DNA of 64,000 bases. Origin: Azolla caroliniana. Taxonomy: Eukaryota; Plantae; Polypodiophyta. Location: contig JBHGNT010000020.1 in the NCBI GenBank assembly GCA_043228905.1, positions 6,572,001 through 6,636,000 of the forward strand, written 5' to 3'. Position 1 is the first letter of the stretch. Each line of letters opens with the position of its first letter. The position numbers were made by a program, and so were the translations under genes. The notes below the pieces were generated by a model, which did not search any database, was not told the origin of the DNA, and saw nothing but the letters and a program-made list of their open reading frames with translations. Shown piece after piece: positions 38,701-52,936 of the stretch.

Positions 38701-39218
38701 AACTCGTTGCTTGCTAAGTTTCCACTTTCTTACATAAAAATGTATGAAAACCAATGTGGAGTTTTCCCTGTTCGAAAAGCAACGAAGGGTGTGGTGTTTT
38801 GCACCACTCTGATGCGGTGCAACGATACGTATCCTTCCATTTTTATCATATAATTTCGTTGTCAATGTTCAAAACAATATTTCGGTATACTAAGATTATT
38901 AGCGGAATTTACCAAGGAGCACCATCCATTCTATGGAAATCCGATTTTAGTGATATCACTCTAATTGTTAGACTATACAGAAATGCCGCAATTGCGAGAT
39001 ACAAATCTGATTTCACGGGTGCAGCTATACTCATTGGAATTTTGATGAGAAAGTTTTCCCGTGTATGCAAGAAATCCGATTTTCATGTGATTGATGGGTC
39101 CATCCATGTGGGTGGTACTACTGAAATGGAATTTCTTGGAATGGTGTTTTGTTTTTTGGAATGGTGTTTTGTTTTTTCAAAGTGGTCATGGAATTGGTTG
39201 GAACCGAATGTGAGAATA

Positions 39219-39245
39219 TGTGTGTGTGTGTGTGTGTGTGTGTGT

Positions 39246-39278
<33 letters not shown>
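39219..39278. repeat. Compound (TG)n(AG)n microsatellite
   Basis: Direct reading. Confidence 0.9.
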
Positions 39279-39282
<4 letters not shown>

Positions 39283-40627
39283 ATGTTAATAATGACTATT
39301 AGGATTCAGAAGCTGAATTAAAATAAATAAGATAGCTTCTGAAAAGGATAATAATGGAAATGGTAGCAATTGCGTGTGGAATTTTGTTTGTTCTGGAGGA
39401 ATATGATTGTTGTTATATTTAGTGGTAGTTTGATGATGAAAAAAGATACAATTATGTTATTATTTAATTGTGCATGCAGTAAGTATGTAATGTTTTATAA
39501 GTTTGATTGATATCCAATCTAATGAATGAAATGTAAGTAATCGTGTTGGTTGTGTGTGTAACGGTTTGATTGTTGCACCGATATAAAACAAAAAACAAAA
39601 AACAAAAAAGCAAAAAGAATGCCTTGTGCTCGTTTCTTTCTACTAAATCCAGCAGCATCATCATTATTAAGTATTGTTATTTTTATGAATGCCTAGTAGC
39701 TATGTACTACATATCGTTTACAAGAAAAACCTACTACAGATTGTAAAACTCAGGAAACAAAATCCCCATTAGATCTTTTAAATAAAATACAAAATAATGA
39801 AAAATAACAAACGAGTGCTAAATATATAAAAAAAATATATATATATATAATAAGAATGACAAATAACAAAAAAATATGTAAATAAAATTGACTTTTCAGT
39901 CAGTAGTATTACAAAAATTATTATTATTATATTATTAGGTGAGACAAATAAGATGATTTTATTATTATAATTTTTATTTTTATTTTTATTTTTATGAGAG
40001 GGAAAATCATAAACCCAGATACATACATCAACAAAAGGAAAACAAAAAAGAAACAAAGAATATTATTAAAAGAAGAAGGAGAAGGGAGAAGAAGGAAGCA
40101 CAGTTTCATAATAATACATACAAATAGTCTTTCCCTGTTTCTGTGTGTACGTGTGTGTGTGTTAATGAGAGGGAATACATTGGATAACACCCAAAACAGA
40201 AACAGGGAATACATACAAATCCAAAGTGCCAAAAACGAAGGCACCCCCCCCCCCCAAGCAGTCAGTGAGAGAGAGAGAGAGAGAGAGATCCGGATAATGA
40301 TGAGGAGGGAGGGGGCCTCGAAGCAATGGGACAAAAAAAGAAAGAAAATAAGAACAAAGATATCATCCATCATTCATTATAATTATATGTGTTTGTGTTT
40401 ATGTTTTGTGTGTGTCTGTGTGTAAAACCCTTCTTCTTCTTCTTCTTCTTCTTTTTGGTTTTCTGTGCCCAACCAAAACATATTGGTAGTCCAAACTTCA
40501 AGCACATATGTAATGAATGTAATGAGGTTTTGTGTATGTAATGTAATGAATGCAATATTGCATGGATGTATTGCATTACATACATATACTTACATTATAC
40601 AAACATACATATGTACAAAACAAGCTT

Positions 40628-40628
<1 letters not shown>

Positions 40629-40673
<45 letters not shown>

Positions 40674-40733
40674 GAATGAATGAATGAATGAATGAATGAA
40701 TGAGAGAGTGAGTGAGAGTGAATGAATGAATGA
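40629..40733. repeat. Compound (CT)n(ATGA)n microsatellite
   Basis: Direct reading. Confidence 0.9.
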
Positions 40734-41689
40734 AATGATGATGACCTTACTTCACTGCCCCCTCCTATTTCACATTCTTTTTGTCCAAAGACCCATGCCC
40801 CCACCCAAAGTAAAAAGAACAAAAACAAAAACATGTACACGGTGCACACTTCTTCTTTTTTATCTTACAATGTTTATCATAACATGAATAGTAATAAGTT
40901 ATAACATAGCGGAAACTTTGACTTAGAGAGCTATGGGTGGGTACATCATGCTGTTATCTGGAAAACTGAAAAGCCCTTCCCAAGTTTTCATGAAATATAT
41001 GTAATCGACTGACTGTAGTATATGTATGTAGTGGAACCTTTGAGTAGGGTGGTATTGTGCTATTAGTGACATGTCTTCTTGTCAACTAATTGAGGATGTT
41101 AGCAGTCCCTTGAAGTGTGTGACAACAGGTCAAATAATGTCCATATAGGGGGCTTTGTGTCTTAGTATTTGAGGAGTACCACTTCACGTTGGGTAGTAGG
41201 AGTGTGTTCCATTGTGGTCTCTATAGGCATGAAGTGGTGCTCGTCGTCGGGAATAACATATAGTTGCGCTTGAGGTAGTCTCATTGGGCATTCAACTTAT
41301 ATGACAGACTCAAAGGCACAACTACATTGGCCAGGGTCAGATAGAGTCAAATATTATTCTTGTGAATATGAAAAAAGATGCTAGAGCCAACATTCAACTC
41401 CCCTACCCCTTATCCAAACATATTTGACATCATCGGTACTTAACTATAAATTTAGGATATTGAATGGGAATTACAAGCGGCTTATTTACCATCATAAAAT
41501 GAAAGTTACGAGTGGCATAAGCACTGACTTTCATTTGATATTAATAAATGCCAAACCGGTATAATTTAGAGAGAGCGGATGCACCATTACTTCATGCAAA
41601 GAACATTGATTAATGTAGGAGCACATTGTCTCCCTACTATTAAGGCTTTCCAAACTAGGATTTCAAAAACAATAGATGTGAAACTTTAT

Positions 41690-41850
41690 GAAATAATATT
41701 TATTGATCTTAAAATTCTTGAAACAATATGTATCAACTAAAAACTTCTTGAAAGGGTATGTATCAACCAAAAACTTCTTGAAAGGATATGTATCAATCCA
41801 AAATTCATTGAAATGATACATATTGATATAAAACTTCTTTTTCTTGAAAT
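41690..41850. repeat. Degenerate tandem repeat of about 30 bp (TATGTATCAACYAAAAACTTCTTGAAAGGR), about 5 units
   Basis: Recurring AAAYTTCTTGAAA and TATGTATCAA at about 30-bp spacing. Confidence 0.7.
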
Positions 41851-43847
41851 GACTGATTGAGAAATGCTATCAACATTAGTGTTAGCCATTTCAAGCTTTA
41901 TTATGTCAAGAGATAAAGTACGGAAACTTATTGTCGGGGGTGTTTGTAAATCCTAAATGTTTGCTAGTCAATATTGCCTCTCATATTTTGGCAAACAAAA
42001 TTCTAAACTAAAGGAAGAAACAAAAAAGGAATAAAAATAAAGCACATCATGATCTGATTGTTATTGATACTCATTGGTCATTGTTAACTCTTTTGCTAGT
42101 ACATCTTATCTTATTGCGTTGTAAAGGTTAACACATCTCAACATTTCCAAACAAGAGTATGTTGCATCACTCTCCATGCTTTCAAAATTTTGAGATATCT
42201 TTAGCTTCAAATTTGTGATAATCATTAATGATGACTATCATCTTTGTGGCTAACAATTGACCTCTATGTCTTCATACATTTGATACCTTGCAGTTTCTAG
42301 GCAATATATATTGTGAGTCGTGACCATCCAAGTATATTCTTGTTAATCATTGCCATGTGTTAAGCTAGTGTGCACGGTTCAATTCAAACAAAACCATTAT
42401 CCAACATCTATGTTGGAGTATGATATTTGAATATATATATCGTGGATGTGTAATGCCTAAAATGAAGCACTATGTGTAATTAAGAAATAAACCAAAATGA
42501 CTTTGATCTACGATCAATCCAATGCATTTTGTCTCCATAAATACATATACAAGAAATCTTGTACTCATGATTTTGCATGAAGTAAGTCCTCATGCACACT
42601 CACCAAAAGAGTAAGGCCATGCATTAGAAATGTTGCTTGAAAATTGCAATAGAAGGCCAAATCTTGTCATTCATCGGGAATCTTGTGTGAATTGGAATTT
42701 GTCAACACTATTATTTGAATGACATGATGTCAATAATTACATTATGTATAATTAAAAACATAAAAACCTTCTTTGTTGATGACTTAACTTTGGATTGTGG
42801 AAACTTTCTTAAGAGCAAAAGACTATGTTCCATGATTTCAAATTAAAATTAAATCCCAAACACTAATTTAATCAGCCAAGACTTGCAATTATACACTTTT
42901 GTAAAGTTTAAACTTCTTACGGTTTTTAATATGTAAAGTGAGCGTTTTGAAGGTATGTGCAATATAGTTTACATGATGCACGATGACAAGGTCGACAACC
43001 CTCTCATATGACTTTACATACAACGGCTTTCACATTTTTCTCTAACATGTAATGCGGTGTTGAATTCCGATATAAACACATTCCTCGGAGATACGAAGTT
43101 GTCCTACCACGATTGTAAATAATGATTCAAGACGATCTAGATGTCTAAGATGATTTCTAAGAGGTGAGGATGAAAATCATTAATTTTCAAGAATTGGAGT
43201 TATTGATAGAACCTTCAACTATCATGCATGTGAGATGAACTTATTTATGCATGATTGGATACCATAAAAAACAAGTGTACAAGACTAATGGAGATGACTA
43301 AATCCAAATGTGTGTAGTCGTTGCATATGAGCAAAAACTCTATTTGGAAGGTCAACAAGTTAACTATCCTTCACATGATGTGTCTTGTGGTGACAATTGT
43401 GATCACAAACTTCGCATTGTAGGTCCAAGACCCAATGGGGACAGTACCATGCGTATGGCATTTATGTTCAAATAGTTTGCTCAAGTGGTGAAGGATAAAT
43501 ATAATTGCTCCATCATTGGAATGATGAAAACCAAATGTTCAAGAATGAACCTACAACCATAATGTTATAGAAACTACACACTTTAGAATTATAATATGTG
43601 GGTGAATCCGTAGTGTCATCACTAAGGCAATGTTGACATGATACCAGGCTATAACCCAAACACCTTTAGATCTAGAATGTGTTGAATCAATTGTTCGAGA
43701 GTGATTGAATTTACAACCGTAAGGTTATGAACGATGCATGTACTATAGAATTGTGTTAATTGATAGTGCGATGACTCGACATGATATCTACAAGCCACAC
43801 ACTTTAGAATTGGAATGACTTGAACTGCAACAATGAGGATATATAGA

Positions 43848-43848
<1 letters not shown>

Positions 43849-43886
<38 letters not shown>
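43849..43886. repeat. (CA)n microsatellite
   Basis: Direct reading. Confidence 0.9.
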
Positions 43887-43889
<3 letters not shown>

Positions 43890-44442
43890 TAGAATTGTGC
43901 TAAGCGCGCGAACCAATAATGTGACAACCAAGGGAGGCAGTGCCGGCATGATATCGATAACCCACACACGCGTTAGAATGGGTAAGAAGCGGTAGAGAAC
44001 CTATAAAGGTAGGTGGAATACAAAGGCAGTTTTTTTTAGAGCCTATGAATCATGATGTGTGTGTGAGACCTATGACTCATACATATACATAGTAGGGGGG
44101 AAAGAAATGTTTATTCACACATATATGTATGTACATAGGATAGGGTGTGAGTGTCGGAGTCTTGGAAGTAGGGTCGCCAACAGTTTTTACGTTGATTTTT
44201 GCTTTTTGTTTTGTGTGTGTGTGTGTGCACTTATTAATAAAGCACTTCCTTCCGCCTATTGCCCTTGCCCTTGCCCTTGCTCAGGCGCAGCAGCAGCAGC
44301 CAGTTTTTGGTGTTCTTGTGTGATGGATCCATCCCATCCAGTTGGACACCATTTTCATTTATTGTTGGGCACCAAATGGGGCCTGCTCGCTCTTTGCCAT
44401 AATCCCCACTTCAAGACCACCCAATCAGTGGCCGTCATCATT

Positions 44443-44446
<4 letters not shown>

Positions 44447-44486
<40 letters not shown>
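44447..44486. repeat. (AG)n microsatellite
   Basis: Direct reading. Confidence 0.9.
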
Positions 44487-44488
<2 letters not shown>

Positions 44489-47400
44489 CATCACCCCCTC
44501 ATAATTTGTATACATACATAACATTGTTTTGTTTAAAGACGAAGCAGGTTGCCTTTGGACACTTCTCTTGGGAGGGTATTTGTCCACCTCTTCTTTCGTA
44601 CCTTCCTTCTTTTCTCTTTGAGTTCAAACTTATGGAATCGATGCCTCTCGTCTCAGAGGCATCTCGTTGTTGCATACGTTGTCTCCTTGACTTAAAAGTT
44701 ATTGAACCGAGTATTAAGGACATTGAAAGGCATATTCATGAGTTCCCTAGCGTCCCACCGTATCATGTCAAATGACATCTAACCTTTTGATGCATATGCC
44801 ATCTAACCTTAATAAATACCATCTTCATGTAGTGTGTGCTTAAAATGCCTGGGTCAATGAGAATGTTCAAACAATTCTTTACTCTACTTCCACAATGAGT
44901 TGCTAAGCAAGATGAATATCTTAATGCTTAGTGTGAGCCTAGCGAGGTTGTAGAGAAGACGCTAATTGTGCGGATTTCGACATTTAACAACTTAACATCA
45001 TATGTGAACAAGATGTCCACACCTCTAAGGTGTGTGTGTTTAAGTACTAGTATTGATGAAGGATCTTAGCCCTCATAAATCTAATGGTACAATCCATGTA
45101 TTTATTAATTTTGAGACATTAAGATTTTGCCTACGCTGCATTGTATGCAAATGTTGAGACCATTGGTGATGCGAATCTATCTTTGGAGGGAGAAGTGGTG
45201 AATGAGAAAGGTGGATGAGAAGGTTTGGCTCCAATGCTTTCAAAGGTTTGTTGTGCAAGGAGCTCTTATTTGAGAATGAACCAGTTTCTAATTAGACATT
45301 GTGAGATTAGGAGCATCATGGTTGGCCAATCTTTAAATTGTTATATGGCACCATACTTCATAATTTGAAAAGTTAGATGACTTTCAAAAAGTACATGGAT
45401 TCATCCTTGGCTTGTTTTAAGATGATCAAATGAAGATCGATGGTTTGTGTTTAAGATTATGAAATGATGGCTTCGTCATAAATAACATGGGAGTCAACTC
45501 AACGTAAAGGGATGCTCATTAGTTGGGGTGGCAACAAATGTTATTCTATGCTAAGGTTAGATTCATCAAATAAGATCTTATTTTTTCTTGGTATGTATGG
45601 TTTATTATGTTGGTAGGTTGGAGGGGTATTTGAGAAAATGAAAGGGTTTAGTTTCTGTGGGTAAGGTTTTGATAATTTCTAAATATAGGTTCTTAAGTAT
45701 ATATATCCATCTAATGATGTGTAAGAATATTAATATATATGAGTCAGTGTGGGAGTAGGTGATGTGGTAGGTGACGTGATCAATTGATGTTAGCTAACAT
45801 TGCCTCCTAATGTGGCGGGTTTGACTCTCGTCGTTCAAAAATTGATATTTTGCTTGTAACTATTTGCTCAGTGGTTGGAATTGTATTTCGAAAATCCCAT
45901 CATAATCCTCATAATGAATCCGTCATTTTGGGGACTGAGACATTTTGAACATTATCCCAAAATTCGCATTTCATCTAATTTGCCCAAATTCAAGTATCTT
46001 CGTCACCTTTGTCATAATGTGGCATGCCCGAAACTAGAAAATAGGGATAAAGGGCAAAAAGGGGGTGTAAGAATCTTAATTAATGTTAAGCAAAATTAAA
46101 GAGGAAAATAATGAACAAAGAGCGCCAATCCACCCAACCACCCCTTATTGAAGGTGAGAGAAGAATCCGAAGTTACGAGCATAACCGTAACCATAATTGT
46201 GGGCTAATTTGTAAGGATGAAGGGTGAGGAGGTAACTTTAGATGGTTTCATCACCTAGCTACTTTTTATAAAAAAAGCAACCAAGTGTGAAACACATACA
46301 AAGGCCTAGGGTTTGAGCCTATATAAGAAGGCTAGCTACATTCATGAAGGGCATGGGCATCTCTTTTCTTTGTTGTTTTGAGATAGAAGTTACTCTAATA
46401 GTGTGGCAAAGCTCTAGCTTCATACATGTGTGCCTCCTTCAAACCCAAAGTACGATCCACGTCTATACACGGTGTTATGGACACCTGTGGGGGACTTGGA
46501 TCTGATGTTCACTTTCGCTAGGGGATGGTTGGGTGGACTAGTGCCCTTTCTTCTTTATTTTTTAATTTTGATTAACATTAATAAAGATTCTTACAAGGGG
46601 CTAGCGTAAAAAAGTAAATATATATTAGAAACAGTAAATCATAAAAAGTAAATGGCCTAGCAGTTAAAGCCATCGATTACATATTAGGGGTGTAGAGTTC
46701 TAGCATATTCCTAGGAGGATTCAATGGCCCATTATGCATGATCAATCACATTGGTAACGTGTGACTTGGGGCGTTCCTCACTAATCATTCCTCTCCAACC
46801 TTCCTTGCAACATTCTTTCCCTAAGAAATGTTATTATTGCTCCAATTGCTCCTTACCTCCTCTCCATGAATTTCTGGTGCAATCGCTCCACACTGCCTCT
46901 CCATGCTTCCTTGTTGCAATTGCTCCACATTGCCTCTACATTATAACATTATGTTGCAATCGCTCCTTACCACCACTATTCGCTCTACCGTTGCAATCAA
47001 TCAGTACCGTCTCTCTCTGTATCGTCACCGCGATCACTCATTCCTACATTTAAAGGTATTGTTGGCACCTATAGTCATCAACACCTCTACCCGTATTTCC
47101 GCCTCCAATATTGTTGCTGCACTCGATTACTTACCGTCACTGTTTGTTCCGTCGTTGCAATAAATCACTCACTTATCATCACTAATCATTCCATCAATGC
47201 AAACTTTCACTTACCGTCACCGTTTGCTCTGTCGCTGCGATCATTGCTAAGATCTCTCATTCCTGCCTCTATAAGTATTGTTGTTGCCTATAGTCATCAC
47301 CGTCACTACCCATATTTCCGCCGTTGCAATCACTTCTTACAATTACCCTCTTGCATGGTATAGTCATTTACATCTCATTTCCTCTTTAATGATCTAATCA

Positions 47401-47651
47401 AGAATTTTCAATCGAGGGAGAATTGGAGTGTTTATCAATAGCCCTCATGAATCCTGAAGAAAGGGATATGGCTATTAGTACACAACAAGCAATAAGAAAG
47501 TATTGGGCAGAAAAATAAAAGGAAACATCGACAAATGTTAAAGGGTAAGGTAGACACCTCAACTAAAGGTAAGGATACTATTGGTTGTGATGTAGATTTG
47601 AATACCGTTGAGAATGGAAGAAATGAAACTATAATCATAGAGAGAAGGATT

Positions 47652-50600
47652 TGACGAGAATATGCGGAATAATGCTCGACCACAACCGAGTCTTCAATCA
47701 CTTCGTTGAGAATTACAAACACAACAATGGGAATGTGGAGATAGATGAACGTATACACAAAACACTGAAAGAGATGTACACAGTATGTTAACGTGGAAAA
47801 CCCTAAATGGGAAAAACCACGGGAGCCCACAGACTCCAAACTATCACTATGTCAAAGAATACAACAGGAGGCATAGAGGCAACGACCTCGTGCTCACACT
47901 CTTCGCTTGGCGGTGGTTACAACAGAGAATCACTCTGTATCTCTCTCTCTCTCTCTCTACTACACTCTGTACAACAGTTACACCAATAACTCTATACAAT
48001 AGAAAATGACAACACAATGATACACAGACCCTCAAGAGTTTGCCCTAGGTCATATTTATACTAATATGACTTTCGGGCTATTTACAAATATAGCCCCAGT
48101 GGGCTCTCTGGAACATATTTACATATATGTCCCTTCATCTGGTGAGAGGTTCTCACCGAGCCTGCAATATCCGGTTCTCACCGGGTCTTCCTTGCCGGGT
48201 ACTCATCATCCGGTTCTCACCGGTCCTTCATCATCCCATCTGGAGGGACCGAGATCCTAACAAACTCCCCCTTCACTCCGGCATGGGATTTCTAGTTAGT
48301 CCAATTTGCTTCCGGCATGCGTCCAGCTTGTTGGGCGTCAACACCTTGGTCAACATATTTGACCCATTCTCCTCCGTGTGGATTTTCGTCAGCACGAACT
48401 CCCGATCTTCTACTCGCTCCCGGATCTAGTGGTACCTGCGCTGGATGTGCTTTGTCCTGGAATAATACACCGCGTTCTTCGCAAGGTGGATGGCACTTTG
48501 ACTGTTGCAATAGAGCCGGTATTCCTCTTGCCGGATCCCTAGCTCTTCGATGAAGTCCTTCATCCATAGTATTTCCTTGCCAACTTCCACAACCGCCATG
48601 TACTCCGCCTCAGTGGTTGACAACGCAACCGTCTTCTGCAACCTCGACTGCCACGAAACAGCTCCCCCTGCATATGTCATAACATATCCCAATGTTGATT
48701 GGCTGGTATCCACATCAGCCGACATATCCGAGTCAGTGAAACTGTCAAGTTGGAGTTTATCGGAGCCGAATCGGAGGCACATACTTGAGGTGCCTTTCAA
48801 GTACCGGAGTATCCATTTTACCGCATTCCAGTGCTCCTTGGCGGGATTGCTCATAAACCAGCTCACCACTACGACTGCGTATCCGATATCTGGTTGGGTA
48901 CACACCATTGCGTACATTAAGCTCCCGACAGCAGAGACATATGGTATCTTCATCATATCCGCCTTCTCTGCCTTCGTCTTCAAGCTTTGCTTGCCAGATA
49001 ATCTACAGTTTTCCGGGAGTGTCGATCCGACCGGTTTTGCTTCTGACATGTTAAACCGTTGAAGCACTTTTGTCACATACTTTTGTGACAGCCACAATTG
49101 CTTCTTCGACCGGTCCCGGATGATATGCATCCCCAATATCTGTCTTGCTGGACCCAAGTCTTTCATTGAGAAGGTCCGGTTCAGAGCCTTCTTCAACATC
49201 TGTATCTTGACTTGGTCTCGTCCAACGATCAACATGTCGTCCACGTACAGGAGGAGTATCAGGAAGTCTCCACCTTCAAACTTCTTCACAAATACGCAGT
49301 GATTGGCCTGCGTCTTGTGGTACCCTTGATCGGTCATGAAGGTGTCGAACTTCCAGTACCATTGCCGGGGAGCCTGCTTCAAACCGTAGAGGCTCTTCTT
49401 CAACCGGCAAACCAGGTGATCCTTCCCTTTCTTTACAAATCCTTCCGGTTGCTACATGTAGATCTCCTCTTCGAGGTCGCCGTGAAGGAACGCCGTCTTC
49501 ACGTCTAACTGCTCTACCTCGAGATCCATGCTTGCCGCTATGCTCAGTACCGTCCAGATGGAAGTCATCTTTACTACCGGGGCAAATATCTCGTCGAAGT
49601 CCACGCCCTTCTTCTGATGGAACCCCTTCACCACGATCCTGGCTTTGTATCTTGGGGGGTTGCCAGCATCTCCCGGTTTCAGCTTTTACACCCACTTGTT
49701 TCAGAGTGCCCTCTTTCCTTTCAGCAACTCCATCAATTCATACGTGTGGTTCTCATGCAGGGAATCCATCTCGTCCGGCATGACACTCAACCACTTGCGG
49801 TTGTGGGTGTCTCTCTTAGCTTCTTCGAAGCTTTCCGGCCAGGCAGTCGGTGCACTTCTCAAGATGCACGTCTTTCACCGGAATGAGGTTGTCATCGGCA
49901 AGCCTCTTCATCCCCTTCTCGCTCATGTGACACAGTCTCTTGTGCCATAGCTCACCGGTAGTGTTGGATGCAACGTTCACTTCTTCCGGGCATAACCGGG
50001 CATTCATTAGGTATAGAGTGTTGACTTTCCGGACCTGAGCCACTATCAGGCTCCGCTTGTTGAACTTCATGACTCTGTTTCGAATGCTACCCGTGTAGCC
50101 TGCATCGTCTAGCCGACTGACTGATATTAGGTTTAGTCGAACCTCCGGAATGTGTCAGACATCCTTCAACAGCAGCTTGCATCTGGTTGATGTCGTCAAC
50201 AACACATCTCCTATGCCGATAATTCGGCATGTCCCTTCATTCCCCATCGAGACACATCCATGCTCACCGGCTGTGTAGGATGAGAAGTATTTCTAGTCCC
50301 AGGTTAGGGGGAACGACGCTCCAGAATCGACAACCCACGTTGTCTCGTCGCTAGCAAGGTTCAATTCACTCTCCTCGGTGATGAGCATCAACTCCTCTTT
50401 ACTTGCCGTGATTGCCATTGTTCCCTTCCGATCCAGTCCTCTTCGGTCTTTGCCGTTCCGTTCCGGTGACCGCTTCGAATCGGTACCGTCGGTTTCCTTG
50501 TCATTTCGGAAGTGCCGACAGTTCTTCTGGAAGTGTCCCGGCTTGCCACAATAGAAGCAAGTAGGCCTCCCCCTTGACTTTGACTGTGTCCCCGACTTTT

Positions 50601-51832
50601 CCTGGTTCTGGAGACTACGGTTCCTTTGTCTTCCACGTTCCGATTCGGTAAGGAGTGCTTTGGAGTCAGAGATCGTATCCTTGTCTTTCTGACACACCTC
50701 CTCATCTAGCAAGCTCGACTTGACTCTTGCTCGGGCTAAATGTTTTCCTTCCGGCCTAGTGTTGCCCAAAGTGACAACCAACGTCTCCCAGCTATCCGGG
50801 AGGGAACCAAGCAGGAGTAGTGCTAGTACCTCATCGGCGAGAGGTACTTCCAACGATGTTGCCTGGTGGATCAGCCATTGGAAGGCATTCATGTGCTCCG
50901 CCATGTTGGAGCCATCTTAGTACCAGAGTCTTACTAGCTTCTGGAATACCGAAACCCGATTAACAACATTTTTGTTCTGAAACATAATGCTGATCTTCTC
51001 CCAGAGCTCATGAGCCTTGCTCTGTTCATTGAAGTTGTTGTACAGGCTCATGTCGATGAAACACCGTATGTACGCCGTTGTCTTCATGTGCATCACCTCC
51101 CACACCGAGGCGTCGATCTTATCCGGTCTCTTGTCCCCGAACTGAACTGGCAACCAAATATATTTAACCACGAGCATGTCCCTCATCTTCGACTTTCACA
51201 CTGAGTAGTTGGAGCCGGTGAGCTTGAACATGCCTCCCAACGATTCTTCCATTTTCTGTGTCATTTCGCTCTGATACTAGATTGACGAGAATATGTGGAA
51301 TAATGCTCGGCCACAACCGAGTCTTCAATCACTTCGTTGGGAATTACAAACACAACAATGGGAATGTGGAGATAGAGAAATGTATACACAAAACACTAAA
51401 AGAGAGTGTACACAGTATGTTAACGTGGAAAACCCTAAATGGGAAAAACCACGGGAGCCCACAGACTCCAAACTATCACTATGTCAAAGAATATAATAGG
51501 AGGCACAAAGGCAACGACCTTGTTCTCACACTCTTCGCCTGGCGGCGGTTACAACAAAGAATCACTCTGTATCTCTCTCTCTCTCTCTCTCTACTACGCT
51601 CTGTACAACAGTTACACCAATAACTCTATACAACAGAAAATGACAACACAATGATACATAGACCCTCAAGAGTTTGCCCTAGGTCATATTTATACTAATA
51701 TGACTTTCGGGCTATTTACAAATATAGCCCCAATGGGCTCTCTAGAACATATTTACATATATGTCGCTTCATCCGGTGAGATGTTCTCACCGGGCCTTCA
51801 TCATCCCATCTGGAGGGACCGAGATCCTAACA
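47652..51832 (-). mobile_element. Ty1/Copia (Tnt1-like family B, copy 1) with the integrase core deleted; non-autonomous
   Basis: LTRs at 47652-48262 and 51283-51832. Perfect TSD GGATT. PBS complement GCTCTGATACTA at 51268-51279 and PPT complement at 48263-48274. Gag CFYCGKPGHFQKNC, WVVDSGAS, LWHKRLCH and RT/RH (YVDDML, FTDSDM, KHIQRRYH) present; internal region only about 3.0 kb. Confidence 0.92.
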
Positions 51833-52459
51833 GGATTGTGGACTATTTCAGTATTCTGACCAAGCACATCAAGTATGAAGATATGAAGGTAATACTTAAT
51901 GGAATATTAAATGACCCGTCAATAAAAGATATAATTGTTTTTGATGTTCTCAATGGAAATTTAACAAATGTACTAGTTAATATTCTCAGAAAAACTGTAC
52001 TCAACATGAACAAGTGTGAAGATGATCTTGTCTTAAAAAGGTCTAGTCTAATGATGTTACTAAATAGGGATGTTGACGGTCTTAATATCAGTACACTATC
52101 TATGTCAATTGGTGTTAGTTAAAAAAGTGTGTACAATACAATGAACCACTTAAGTTCTCGAGGTGAAGGAAGTAGTCTACTAAAGCTAACCACAAGATGT
52201 AAGCAAGTGACACCTATAACATCAGAAATCAAGGATATAACCACCATATTCTGGACTAATGCGAGTAGGGTTTCACCCAATAAGAAGGATTTGTGTAGGA
52301 AACATTTGAGAAGGAGTCAATACGAGGAGCATCTCATTGATCTTCTTGATGTACCTTAGGTATTTACATTTCTCTAAGTCTTGTATTAGTGGCAATCATC
52401 TAAGATCTCTTAATATCAATAACTAGTTTAATGTTAGACATAACCAATAAGCAATTTAC

Positions 52460-52936
52460 ATTACAATAGCTATTGGCTAATTAGCTACAACAGGTAGTGG
52501 TCATAACTAACTAACTACATTAGAGAGTAGGCATAGCTAACTAACTACATCAGCTAGTGACCATAGTTAACTAGCTATATCATAGAGTGCCCATAGGTAA
52601 TTAGCTACATCAAGTAATGCCATAGAGAAATAGATACATTAGGTAGTGCCCATAGCTAAATAACTACATCAGGTAGTGCCCATAACTAACTAGCTACATT
52701 AGAGAGTGCCCATAGGTAATTAGCTACATCTGGTAATGGCCATAGCAAGATAGCTACATCATGTAGTGGCCATAGATAACTAGCTACATTAGAGAGTGCC
52801 CATGGAATAATTAGCTAGATCAGGTATTGACCATAACTAAGTAGCTAGATTTGAGAATGGCCATAGTTAAATAACTACATGAGGTAGTGGCCATAGCTAA
52901 GTAGCTACATCCAAAAATGGACATAGCTAAATAACT
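52460..52936. repeat. 30-bp satellite (about CATAGCTAAYTAGCTACATCAGGTAGTGGC), left half
   Basis: Clear 30-bp periodicity, about 16 units; continues after the Copia insertion. Confidence 0.9.

Noticed and set aside
38754-44775. ORFs of 143-238 aa at 38754, 39927, 39994 and 44059
   Set aside because: They are driven by (TG)n/(AG)n runs, with no domain motifs or convincing splice structure.
42900-45500. Possible ancient LINE or DNA-transposon fossils in the intergenic island
   Set aside because: No motif could be read with confidence by eye; a profile search is needed.
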